Source: Octopus sinensis
Lineage: Eukaryota
Assembly: GCF_006345805.1 (NCBI RefSeq)
Contig: NC_043002.1
Location: 3,534,001 to 3,598,000, forward strand
Length of the DNA: 64,000 nt
Direction: 5' to 3'
Positions 22,530 through 34,544 of the stretch are shown piece by piece. Every line of letters begins with the position of its first letter. Within the stretch, counting starts at the first letter, position 1. The notes under the pieces were generated by a model. It searched no databases. It was not told where the DNA came from and saw nothing but the letters and a program-made list of their open reading frames with translations. Both the position numbers and the translations under genes were made by a program.

Positions 22530-25500
22530 GTCTTCCTTTGCTTTTCTTCCATGAACACCTAAAGGCCTTAAGCCAATACCACCCCTACTATATAAGGTGG
22601 TGACTATACGGCGCAAAACATGATAGTGTGGTGTAGCAGGTTGAACTTAAGATCATTGCTTTGCTTGTGAATTCTGCCAAATGCGAGCTTTCTTCTTTTC
22701 AGGTACATGACGCCACTGCTCCCCGTCCCTGGGCCTCTAGGGCCCATACCTTCCACACCCTCAGGGTGGGCACCCTCAACGTTGACACACTGAAAGGTAG
22801 GTCTGGCGAGATAGTCGAGATGCTTGAACGGAGATGTGTTGATGTATGTTGCATGCAAGAAATAAGGTGGAGAGGAGGATCTGCTAGGTTCCTCACAGGC
22901 AAGGAACACAGGTACAAGATTTTCTGGGCAGGGAACACTGACGGGGTTGGTGGCGTGGGTATACTTATCGCTGAGAAATGGGTAGATAAAGTAATTGAGG
23001 TAATCAGAGTAAGTGACAGAATACTTAAGATTAGAATAGTGCTTCATCATAGATTAGCAACCATTATATCGGCCTATGCCCCTCAGCCAGGGCTACCCGA
23101 TGGACAGAAAGGCAGTTTCTATGACACCCTACTACAGACCACCTCATTGACGAACGACAGGGACCTTCTCTTTGTGGCTGGTGATTTCAATGGGCATGTT
23201 GGACGACATGCTGGAGGCTTCCATGGCGTACATGGAGGCTACGGTTATGGTTCCCGCAACGAAGAGGGAACCAGGCTGCTGGAGTTCTGCGATGCAAATA
23301 GTCTTATGGTTTGCAACACTAACTTCAGGAAACCGACAAGCCACCTGGTCACCTACCAATCGGGCCGGCATACTAGCCAAATCGACTACATCCTTGCCAG
23401 AAAAAAGGAAAGATGGCTGCTTATAAATGCCAAAACCTTCCCAGGCGAAGAATGCACCCCACAACATAGACTGGTAGTTAGTGACTTTAGGATCAGGACT
23501 AAGAGGGCGACTAGAAGACGACCAACATGGAGAAGAAGTGTCTGGAAGCTTAAAGACCCTGCGAATGGACAGAGATTTAGAGACATGTTACTTGAAGCCT
23601 TTGACGAAATGGAAGGGGGTATAGCTACGCATGGGGTAGAAGACAACTGGACGCTTCTGAGGGACAACCTGCTGAAAGCCACTGACCAGATCTGTGGCTG
23701 GTGCAAAGTCCCCTTAAGACCCAAAATAACGTGGTGGTGGAACAATATTGTTGACAGGGCTATTAGACAAAAGAAACAGGCTTGGAAGGCCTGGAAGAAC
23801 GGTGGTAGCAGGGAAGTGTATCAGACTGCCAGAAGGGAAGCTAGGAGACAGGTCTATCTAGCCAGAGGGGAAGCAGATATGAAAAAATTTGCCAATGTCC
23901 TGCGCTGTGAGGATGAAAGACTTGAGGTATTTCGTGTTGCAAGACAGTGTGTGAGAGAGAATCGTGATGTGGTAGGAGAGAAATGTGTTCGCAAGGATGA
24001 TGGTTCACTTGCGCTAAATGAGGATGCAAATAGAGAGGCTTGGAGACGCCACTATGAAAGGTTGCTGAATAAAGAAAATGAATGGGATAAAGAGAGTCTG
24101 CCGAATGTCAACCCAACAGAGGGACCAGCAATCCGAGTTAACAGTTCCTTAGTAGTTAAGGCAATTACAAGCATGAAAACAGGGAAAGCCCCAGGCCCAT
24201 CAGGAATCACTGCAGAGATGCTCAAAATATCTGGTAGTGTCGGCTATAACCTAGTCACCCGTATAGTTAACCAGGTGATACACGAAGGAGTCATACCCAA
24301 TGACTGGTGTAGCAGCATAATAGTCAACTGCTACAAAGGTAAAGGTGATGCCCTAGACACAAATAACTACAGGAGCATCAAGCTGCTGGATCAGGTAATG
24401 AAGGTTACGGAGAGGGTTATAGCCCAATTAATTAGAGAGAGAGTTAGCTTAGATGATATGCAGTTTGGGTTCGTGCCAGGGAAAAGTACTACTGATGCTA
24501 TATTCCTGGTAAGACAGCTGCAGGAGAAATACCTAGCCAAAGATAAGCCCTTGTACCTGGCTTTCATTGACATGGAGAAAGCCTTTGACAGGGTGCCCTG
24601 ATCCCTTATCTGGTGGTCAATGAGGAAACTAGGGATAGATGAATGGTTAGTGAGAGCTGTGCGAGCCATGTACAGAGACGCTGCTAGTAAGGTGAGGGTT
24701 GGCAACGAGTACAGTGAAGAATTCCGGGTAGAGGTTGGGGTCCACCAAGGTTCAGTCCTCAGTCCCCTCCTATTTATCATAGTCCTCCAGGCAATAACGG
24801 AGGAATTCAAGACAGGATGCCCCTGGGAGCTCCTATATGCTGATGACCTTGCTCTAATTGCTGAGTCACTATCAGAACTGGAGGAGAAGTTTCAGGTGTG
24901 GAAGCAAGGTCTAGAATCGAAGGGCCTCAGAATCAATCTAGCCAAAACCAAAGTCCTAATAAGTAGAAAAGTAGACAAGTCACAAACGCCTTCAGGTAGA
25001 TGGCCCTGCTTGATCTGTAAAAAAGGTGTAGGTAGAAACTCTATAAGGTGCACCAAGTGCAAGCTATGGACACATAAGAGGTGTAGCAATGTCAAAGGAA
25101 GGCTAACTAGGAAAATAGTTTTTGTCTGTGGCAGATGCTCAGGAGCAATAAACACTGAAAAATGGCAGAGACCAACGTCTACCATGTTCCAGGGTGAAAA
25201 ACTAGAAGTAGTTGATAGCTTCCGCTACCTAGGTGACCAAGTCAGTAGCGGGGGTGGGTGTGCTGAAAGTGTAACTGCTAGAGTAAGAATAGCCTGGGCA
25301 AAGTTTAGAGAGCTCTTACCCCTGCTGGTGACAAAAGGCCTCTCGCTCAGAGTAAAAGGCAGACTGTATGATGCATGTGTACGTACAGCCATGCTACATG
25401 GTAGTGAAACATGGGCCGTGACTGCTGAAGACATGCGTAAGCTCGCAAGAAATGAAGCCAGTATGCTCCGATGGATGTGTAATGTCAGTGTTCATAATCG

Positions 25501-26388
25501 ACAGAGTGTAAGTACCTTGAGAGAAAAGTTGAACCTAAGAAGCATCAGTTGTGGTGTGCAAGAGAGATGGCTGCGCTGGTATGGTCATGTGACGAGAATG
25601 GCTGAAGATAGTTGTGTGCAAAAGTGCTACACCCTAGCAGTTGAGGAACCTGTGGAAGAGGTAGACCCAGGAAAACCTGGGACGAGGTGTGTGAAGCACG
25701 ACCTTCGAACTTTAGGTCTCACAAGGAAATGACTAGAGACCGAGACCTATGGAAGTATGCTGTGCATGAGAAGACCCCAGGCAAGACTAGTGAGGCCATA
25801 ACCTGTGGCCCCTACCTGGGACGTAGTCAGTCCACCTGTGCATACCTTCCTTCTTGTGACACTTGTGAAGACCTGTTGAGGCAAGTGAAAATCAAACCAA
25901 ATCAAAATAGATGAACATCAAATGGAATTTGTATTTTGTGGTACCAGTGCCGGTGGCACATAAGAAAACCATCCGAACGTGGCCGTAGCCAGTACCGCAT
26001 CGACTGGCCTCTGTGCTGTGGGCACATAACAAACACCATCCGATCGTGGCCGTTCGCCAGCCTCGTCTGGCACCTGTGTTGGTGGCACATAAAAAAACAC
26101 CATCCGAGCGTGGCCGTCTGCCAGCCTCGTCTGGCACCTGTGTCGGTGGCACATAAAAAACACCATCCGAGCGTGGCCGTTCGCCAGCCTCGTCTGGCAC
26201 CTGTGTTGGTGGCACATAAAATCACCCACTACACTCTCGGAGTGGTTGGCGTTAGGAAGGGCATCCAGCTGTAGAAACACTGCCAGATCTGACTGGCCTG
26301 GTGCAGCCTTCGGGCTCCCCAGACCCCAGTTGAACCGTCCAACCCATGCTAGCATGGAAAGCGGACGTTAAACGATGATGATGATGAT
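22530..26388 (+). mobile_element. Near-complete RTE-clade LINE
   Basis: Single EN-RT frame, 3' UTR tandem array, tail ggttggcgttaggaagggcatccagc..cgttaaac(GAT)n; the 5' boundary is uncertain. Confidence 0.95.
22661..25732 (+). pseudogene. RTE ORF (APE endonuclease + RT + PHD finger) with one internal stop
   Basis: GTLNV, QE, GDFNGHVG, QIDY, QFGF, DMEKAFDRV, HQGSVLSP, YADD and FRYLG motifs; TGA at 24599-24601 with the same frame continuing; small frameshifts after ~25640 relative to the copy at 32557. Confidence 0.95.
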
Positions 26389-26399
26389 ATATATATAAT

Positions 26400-27219
26400 G
26401 TACGGGCATAAGAAACATCAAATGTGGTGTGCAAGAGAGGCGACTGTGCTGGTATGGCCATATGTTACGTATGAATGAAGACAGCTGTTTGAGGAAGTGC
26501 AAGGACAAGAGACTGAGACCTTTGGAGATACACTGTGATTGAGAAGACCTGGCAACTAAAGTGAGATCGCAGCCACACACGTCCAGCCCCGTTAAGTATA
26601 CCCCTGATGCATCGGGCGTTATATGCTTGAGAAGACCTGTTGAGTCAAGTCTGGCTCCCATGCTAGTTGCTTGTAGAAAGTAACAACTGAATGTGGTCAA
26701 TGCCAGTACTCCCTGACTGGGCCCCATGCCAGTGGCACGTAAAAAGCACTATCTGAACACAATCGATGCCTGTACCCACTGACTGGCTCTTGTGCTGGTG
26801 GCACATAAAAAGCACCATCCAAATGTGATCAATGCCAGTACCTCCTGACTGGCTCCTGTACCAGTGGCATGTAAAAAGTACCCACTACACTATTGGAGTG
26901 GTTGGCATTAGGAAGGGCATCCAGCTGTAGAAACTCTGCCAAGGTCATTGCCAGTGCCACTGGACTGGCTCCTGTGCAGGTGGCACATAAAAAAAACACC
27001 ATTTGAGTGTGGCCGTTGCCAGTACCGCCTGACTGGCCCCTGTGCCGGTGGCATGTAAAAGCACCCACTACACTCTCGGAGTGGTTGGCGTTAGGAAGGG
27101 CATCCAGCTGTAGAAAGTGCCAGATCAGATTGGAGTCTGGTGCAGCCATCTGGTTCACCAGTCCTCAGTCAAACTGTTCAACCCATGCCAGCATGGAAAA
27201 TGGATGTTAAACGATGATG

Positions 27220-27220
<1 letters not shown>
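26400..27220 (+). mobile_element. Two further RTE 3' fragments in tandem
   Basis: An older ORF-end plus array cut at ~26940 by a second array with its tail. Confidence 0.85.
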
Positions 27221-27288
<68 letters not shown>

Positions 27289-28136
27289 GCGCGCGCACGC
27301 ACGCACGCACGCATGAGTATATAAACATCCTCATCATTATCATTTAATGTCTGTTATTATCCATGCTGGCATTGGTTGGATGGTTTGGCCGAAGTTGCCG
27401 ATCCCCAGGATGGCACCAAGCTTTATTGTCTGCTTTGGTATGGTTTCAACAGATGAATGTGCTTCCTAAGGCCAACCACTTGACAGAGTGGACTGGGTGC
27501 TTTTGTTGTGATATCAACATCAGCAGGATCACCAAGTGAATTGCAAGGCAAAAACCCAAGGGAGGGGCTTTGTGCCAGTTGATGGGAGGTTAAGGTATAA
27601 TACAGGGATAGAGATAAGGGGATTGCTACAGAGGAGATACATGGCTGCCCCAGTTGGAGGCAAAAGAAGGGAGAGTTGGAGGCAAAAGAAGGGAGAGATA
27701 GAAGTGGTGGTGGTAATGTGTGTGGGGGGGGGCATAACTTCAAGATACAGTGGGGTGTGAATATAAGTGAAGTGTTGTAGAGATTGGACACAGTGAGTGG
27801 GAAGGGGTAGACAGACGAGGGGGGGGAGTTCCCCAAGAGTATGTGGAGAAAAGATTAGTGATGAGGTGGAGGTGATTGTAACCAGCAATGGTGAGAGATG
27901 TAGGAATGGCTCAGCAGGGGCTATGGTAGATATGTGAGGGTGCTGACAGTGATGACAGATAAGGAAGGTGTTCAGTATAACACAGACGGGGAGGGGAGGA
28001 GGGAGGGAGAGACAGATAGAAAGAGAGACAGAAAGAGACAGAGAGAACAAAAACATAAGCAATCAGATGTAAAGAAATCTGAAATTCATGTATGAACTGA
28101 TCCCTGAACTTGACAAACAACAAAGGACTTCTTCAC

Positions 28137-28260
28137 ATTTCTCCTATTGACTTTCCAGCAATGAGAATTAGGTTATTTCTCCCAATACAAAAGCTTCGCT
28201 GGTCAATGAGTCTTAACTTTTTATATTGATTTTCGAAGGCATAAAACCCCAAGAAGGTTG
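28137..28260 (-). CDS. Candidate internal exon
   Basis: Strong acceptor gtttttactttcag|, open frame TFLGFYAFENQYKKLRLIDQRSFCIGRNNLILIAGKSIGE, weak donor AT|GTGAAG. Confidence 0.3.
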
Positions 28261-28461
28261 CTGAAAGTAAAAACATCACTGAAAGTGGAGTTTTAAATCC
28301 ACACAGAGAATATTTTTTAGTGCCAGATCTGTTTGTTTGTGAGCTAAATCATTTATTACTGCCACAAGTTATATTTTCAAAGCTCATTAGAAAATAGAAT
28401 GCCCGACCCTAGGAAATACCATTACAAGTGGACAACTAAAAGATTTAAGACCAAATTCAGT

Positions 28462-29005
28462 TTAACTATTTAGCATTCAGTGCCGGTGGCACATAAAAAG
28501 CACCATTCGAACGTGGCCAATGCCAGCGCCGTCTTGACTGGCTTCTGTGCCGGTGGCACGTAAAAAGCACCAACTGATCGTGGCCATTGCCAGCCTCACC
28601 TGGCATCTGTGCCAATGGCACATAAAAAGCACCCACTACACTCACGGAGAGGTTGGCGTTAGGAAGGGCATCCAGCTGTAGAAACACTGCCAGATCAGAC
28701 TGGAGCCTGGTGCAGCCTTCTGGCTTCCCAGACCCCGGTGGAACCATCCAACCCATGCTAGCATGGAAAACGGATGTTAAACGATGATGATGATGATTAT
28801 TTACTCTGTCAAATTTGATACTTGTTTATTCAAATTTTTGAAAATTAATCGTGCATTAGAGTACAACTTGAGATTTTCATGATATGACTGTGTATTTTTA
28901 GAACGACATTGCAGAGTAGGTATGAGAGCCTAAATCTGGCCAGTTTGAATGTAAAACTAGTAGAATATTTGGGCCAGACAGGAATGGTTTAAATACTAAA
29001 GGGTG
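28462..29005. mobile_element. Second TTAA-type MITE, interrupted by a three-unit RTE tail (28480-28797)
   Basis: Ends ttaactatttagca and tactaaagggtgaa are an imperfect inverted pair. Confidence 0.6.
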
Positions 29006-29114
29006 AATGTAGTTCTCTAACTTGGTGACTTCTTTCTGTCATCTCACATTTATATGGAATCACAAATGTTTTTTTCTTTTTCCAATCTTTCAAATATTTT
29101 ATATATGTGTAAAA

Positions 29115-29556
29115 GTGCCAGTGGCACTTAAAACGCACCATTCGAGTGTGATCGTTACCAGTGTCGCAATACTGGCACTCGAGCCCCGTGCTAGTAGGGT
29201 ATTTAGAGCAGCATCCGAGCGTGATCATTGCCAGAGCGGCTATCTGGCCTCTGTGCTGGTGGCATGTAAAAGACACCATTCGAGCGTGATCGTTACCAAC
29301 ATCACCTTACTGGCACCTGTGCCGGTGGCATGTGTAAAGGATTCGAACAAGGTCATTGCCAGTACCGCCTGACTGGCACATAAAAAGCACCCACTACACT
29401 CTCGGAGTGGTTGGCGTTAGGAAGGGCATCCAGCTGTAGAAACTCTGCCAGATCAAGAATGGGGTCTGGTGCAGCCATCTGGTTCGCCAGCCCTCAGTCA
29501 ATTGTCCAACCCATGCTAGCATGGAAAGCGGGCATTAAACGATGATGATGATGATG
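29115..29556 (+). mobile_element. RTE 3' UTR fragment with about five units
   Basis: Starts at gtgccagtggcac and ends in (GAT)n. Confidence 0.9.
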
Positions 29557-30249
29557 TATGTGTGTGCGTGTATACGTGTGTGTGCATGTGTGTGTGTCAT
29601 ATGCTAAGAAAGTAATAATAAAAAAAATATATACCGTTTTCTAGTCATCTTCAAACGCAATACTTCAGCCATAACACTCACTTGTCATCATAAAAGATCA
29701 TGTGAGAAGTTTTATTATTTTCTCTTCTTTAAAATTATTGCAGTTTTGTGTCTGAAAATGTTTCTGAGTTTTGCTTTTATATTTTATCTGCAATTTCTTT
29801 TTTTATTTTGTTAAATTATGGTATCTGGTAACACAAATTCTTTTCAGTTAGAAATTTCTGTGAAAGTAGCTAGTTTATCGATACTCGGTGACAAGAAACA
29901 AGAACATATTATATAACCAATGTAGAAATAAAAGACAAAAAATATTAAATAAATATCTTCATACATGAAGGAACCGGTAAAAACCTGTCATTGATTATTA
30001 TATAGCATCTATAACTCTTCTACTTTGAATACAGACATTAACCAGATCAGAAATATAAGTCGCAAGCAAAAATGATAAGCAATCTTTATGATTGATAAGC
30101 AATCTTTATGACTGATAAGTAATGTTTATTGATTGATAAGTAATATTGATACATGACATATCTTTGCAGCCATTTCACTAACTGAAAAAGAAACACTTTT
30201 TTTGTAAGTAAACTTTGGTGAGTAAACTATGAATAGCAAATCACTTTAC

Positions 30250-30289
30250 CTGATGCGTTATCATGCTTTGAAATTAAAGCCTTTGGCAG
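30250..30289 (-). CDS. Candidate 40-nt exon
   Basis: ctgcag|LPKALISKHDNAS-G|GTAAAG. Confidence 0.2.
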
Positions 30290-30326
30290 CTGCAGATGAT
30301 GATTGAACTAATTTCATCTTCTTTAG

Positions 30327-30412
30327 GACATACCAAGAGTGGCTTACATCTGTCTTTCCATCTGGTAATGGTAAATATCAAAGAACTACTTATTGGAATT
30401 GTAAACAAGATT
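30327..30412 (+). CDS. Candidate 86-nt plus-strand exon
   Basis: tttcatcttctttag|..|GTGAGT; two open frames, one reading TYQEWLTSVFPSGNGKYQRTTYWNCKQD. Confidence 0.3.
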
Positions 30413-30766
30413 GTGAGTAGCAAGACTTCAGATGAAGAAACAAATTTCAAGGATGGACATTAATAGCAAGATGTTAAGAATAAACATGTAAATAATCGTT
30501 CACAAGAGCACTTTGGTAAGCACAGACATTGGGTGCTTTCCTGCCATTAAATGGCCAAGAAATTGCTCTTTTTTCAACTTTTCAAATTGGCCTTTCTTCA
30601 ATTTTTTTAAAATCTAGGCAAATTCTTTCCATTCATTCACGCAGTCCTGCAACACCCAATATTCTTATCAAAGAGGGGATCACAAAGACCAGGACTAATT
30701 TCTTTTCTTTTATTTGTTTCAGCCATTTGACTCCAGCCATGCTGAAGCCCTGCTTTAAAGGGTGTT

Positions 30767-31213
30767 GCAGTTCTATATTTAAGAGATGAGTAATTATGTA
30801 CATTATTTACATTTGACAGATATTTGTCCTCATCTTGTTTGTTAATATGTTTCGGCTGATATACCCTTCAGCCTTCATCAGGTGTCTTGGGGAAATTTCG
30901 AACCTGAGTTCTCATTCCTAAGGTCATTTTCGATATTATTATTATTCAAGTTACTGTCTGGAATCGAACTTGGAACTTGGTGGTTAAGAGCATGGGCTAC
31001 TAACCCCAAGATTCTGAGTTCGATTTCAGGCAGTGACCTGAATAATAATAATAATAATAACAACAGCAACAACATCGAAAAATACCTTAGGAATGAAAAG
31101 CAAGGTTTGAAATTTCCCCAAGACACCTGATGAAGGCTGGAGGGTATATCAGCCGAAACGTTGTGTTAACAACAAACAAGATGAGGACAAATATCCATGA
31201 AATGTAAATAATG
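30767..31213. mobile_element. Head-to-head dimer of a tRNA-headed hammerhead retroelement with a 12-bp TSD
   Basis: Arms 30800-30970 and 31017-31214 are inverted repeats; tRNA-like head at 30971-31030; TSD ttaaagggtgtt. Confidence 0.88.
31122..31167 (+). ncRNA. Type I hammerhead ribozyme
   Basis: GACAC-CTGATGA-a-GGCTG gagggtatat CAGCC-GAAAC-GTT|GTGTT; palindromic stem III (ACGT); a degenerate mirror copy lies at 30843-30886 (-). Confidence 0.8.
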
Positions 31214-32097
31214 TTAAAGGGTGTTAGTTGAAGAAATTGACCCTAGGACTTATTCTTTGTAAGCCTAGTACTTATTCTATCGGTCTCTTTTGCTGAACCA
31301 CTAAGTTATGAGGACATAAACATACCAGCATCAACCAATGGTGTGTTTTTGTCCCTGATGGTAAAGGACAAACACAAACACATACAAATATATGCATACA
31401 TATATGGCAGGCTTCTTCCAGTTTCTATCTACCAAATCCACTCACAAGACTTTGATCAACCCAAAGTTATAGTGGAAGACACTTGCCCCAGGTGCCACAC
31501 AGTGGGACTGAACCCAGAACCATGTGGTTAAGAAGCACATATTATATGTGCCTGTGATTGTAATAACAAGTTACCAATGCATCAACCACTGCACCAGAAA
31601 AACTCAAGTATGAATTCTTTGAGATAGCCACATCACTTGCTGAGTGAATCAGGATATCTAACACAAGACAAAATTTGAAATTCCATAAAACAAAATCTTT
31701 ATCTGAAAGTGATGGCACTTGCTAGGGATGTATTGCTAAACTTTTTTGATACCAACCCACCTAAAACTGCCTCTGACTCTGTAATCCAAATGTCTTGTTT
31801 TCATAAGTTCTGAATTAAAATCTTCCACCAAAACTTAGTTATAATTTATGTTCCTAACACTAGCTCAATGATAACTAAGTTATTTTACTAAATTCTTTGT
31901 TATATTTAAAATTAATTGAAAGAAACACAGAGCATCTCATCAGAAATATGATAAGAAAAAGGTTAAAATATATAATAGAGAAACAATTCTTAACCCTTTT
32001 GATACCAACCCAGCTGAAACTGGCTCTGGCTCCGTAATACAAACGTCTTGTTTTCACAAGTTTTGAATTAAAATCTTCCACCAAAGCTTAGCCACAT

Positions 32098-33245
32098 TAC
32101 AGGGAGAAAAACTAGAAGTAGTTGATAGCTTCCGCTACCTAGGCGATCAAGTCAGTAGTGGGGGACGGTGCACTGAAAGTGTAGCTGCTAGAATAAGAAT
32201 AACCTGGGCAAAGTTCAGAGAACTCTTACCTCTGCTGGTGACAAAGGGCCTCTCGCTCAGAGTAAAATGTAGACTGTATGACGCATGTGTACGAACAGCC
32301 ATGCTACATGGCAGAGAAACATGAGCCATGACTGCTGAGGACATGCGTAAGCTCACAAAGAATAAAGCCAGTATGCTCCGATGGATGTGTAATGTCAGTG
32401 TGCATACTCGACAGAGTGTAAGTACCTTGAGGGAAAATTTGGATCTAAGAAGCACCAGATGTGGTGTGCAGGAGAGACAACTGCACTGCACTGGTATGGC
32501 CATGTGGCGAGAATGGATGTGGATAGCTGTGTGAAAAAGTGTCACACCCTAGTGGTTGAGGGAACCTGTAGAAGATTTAGACCCAAGAAGACCTGGGCCT
32601 CACTGAGACAATGACTAGTGACCGGGATCTTTGGAAATATGCTGTGCTTGAGAAGACTCGGCAAGCTCAAGTGAGACCATAACCTCGTGACCTACGCAAG
32701 GGGTGTAACCAGCCCACTTATGCGTACCTTTCCTTCATTGGACACTCAACTCTGCTTGCAAAGACCTGTTGAGGCAAATGAAATTGAAATCGAAATCAAA
32801 TTCGATGACTAGCATCCATGCTAGTGGGGCGCTAAGAGTACTATACGAGCATGATCGTTGCCAGAGCAACAAGCTGGCCTCCGTGCCAGTGGCACATAAA
32901 ATCACCATTTGAGTGTGATCGTTACCTGCGTCAGCTTACTGGCACATGGAAAAACATTTGAGCGAGGTCGTTGCTAGTGCTGCTGGACTGGCTCCTGTGC
33001 AGGTGGCACATAAATAGCACCATTTGAGCGTAGCCGTTGCCAGTACCGCCTGACTGGCCTTGTGCCGGTGGCACGTAAAAGCACCCACTACATTCTCTGA
33101 GTGGTTGGCATTAGGAAGGGCATCCAGCTGTAGAAACACTGCCAGATCAGATTAGAGTCTGGTGCAGCTATCTGGTTCGGCAGACCTGTCAAATCGTCTA
33201 ACCCATGCTAGCATGGAAAGCGGACGTTAAACAATGATGATGATA
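32098..33245 (+). mobile_element. RTE 3' fragment (RT thumb to tail)
   Basis: EKLEVVDSFRYLGDQV..CVRTAMLHG followed by the UTR array; truncates a MITE at 31991-32097. Confidence 0.92.
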
Positions 33246-33517
33246 GACATATATGTGTGTGTGTGTGTTTGTCCCCCACCATCACTTGACAACTGATGCT
33301 GGTGAGTTCACGTCCCCGTAACTTAGCGGTTCAGCAAAAGATATCGATTGAATAAGTACTAGGCTTACAAGGAAAAAGTACCTAATGGCGGTACTCCAGC
33401 ATGGCCACAGTCAAATGACTGAAACAAACAAAAGAATAAAAGAATCTAGACTGGTTTCTTCAAATTTTTGAACTAAGAGTGATGTACAGCTATTGGTTTA
33501 TAAAGCCATATAGGTCA

Positions 33518-33600
<83 letters not shown>

Positions 33601-34216
33601 TATCAAAAGAACTAATAACAACCAATGTAATGGCTGTTTTTTGCTGGTGTCTATAAAGATATATAATCAATATTCCTCTGATGTTTTACCATTCTACAAT
33701 AAGACGTGTTCTTTATATTTTGTATAACTAATATATTTGTATCACTTTGATAACTTATTTAATATGTATAAATGTATATTGTGTGGAAAAAGCAACCTTA
33801 TACTAATATGGCAGAATATTTTATAATCAACTTTAATAAATTTTTGGCTTGTCTGTAGTTTAAGGTTAAAATTGGTTTTACTGCTACATTTATCAACATC
33901 ATAATATATGTGTTTTTCAAAACTTTCCTCATACATATATATATATTAAAAAAAAATTTTAAATCGTGATTTTTCCGTGACTGTTGCCAGTACCGCCTGA
34001 TTGGCCTGGCCCCCATGCCGGTGGCACATAAAAGCACCCACTACACTCTCGGAGTGGTTGGTGTTAGGAAGGGCATCCAGCTGTAGAAACTCTGCCAAAT
34101 CAAGATTGGAGCCTGGTGCAGCCACCTGGTTTGCCAGTCCTCAGTCAAATCGTCCAACCCATGCTAGCATGGAAAGCAGACATTAAACGATGATGATGAT
34201 GATATACATACATATA

Positions 34217-34288
<72 letters not shown>

Positions 34289-34544
34289 TACAATTTTAAC
34301 ATCTATGCTAGTATAGGTCGTATGGAGTTTATTGAGGTAAATTTCCTATGGCAAGATGACCTTCCTGTTGCCAACTTTCACCTGTTTCCAAGCAAGGTAA
34401 TATTTTCCCTATGATCAGATACGTTCCGAAAGAATATTGAAAATGAAGGAGACTGCTTGTATGACAGTGGCACTCAGTTACAGCTATCACGTAATGTCAA
34501 AACAAGGAGACACAAATACACACACACTCACATTTATAATACAT

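Larger units (their letters stand above)
30690..31535 (-). mobile_element. Family A SINE split by an insertion
   Basis: The tail sequence stops at ttaaagggtgtt (30755-30766) and resumes at ttaaagggtgtt (31214-31225). Confidence 0.85.

Noticed and set aside
22530-22700. HDV-like or twister ribozyme, as known from some RTE 5' ends
   Set aside because: The required nested pairings could not be found by eye; an Infernal scan would settle it
25955-26232. CRISPR-like periodicity of ~60-nt units
   Set aside because: The spacers are homologous to each other, the context is a eukaryotic LINE UTR, and no cas genes are present
27530-28050. Purine/G-rich tract with a 22-bp tandem duplication and 137-177 aa minus-strand ORFs
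   Set aside because: Low-complexity composition explains the ORFs, and no domain is recognisable
30878-31130. Two mirror-image 82-aa ORFs
   Set aside because: A by-product of the inverted duplication
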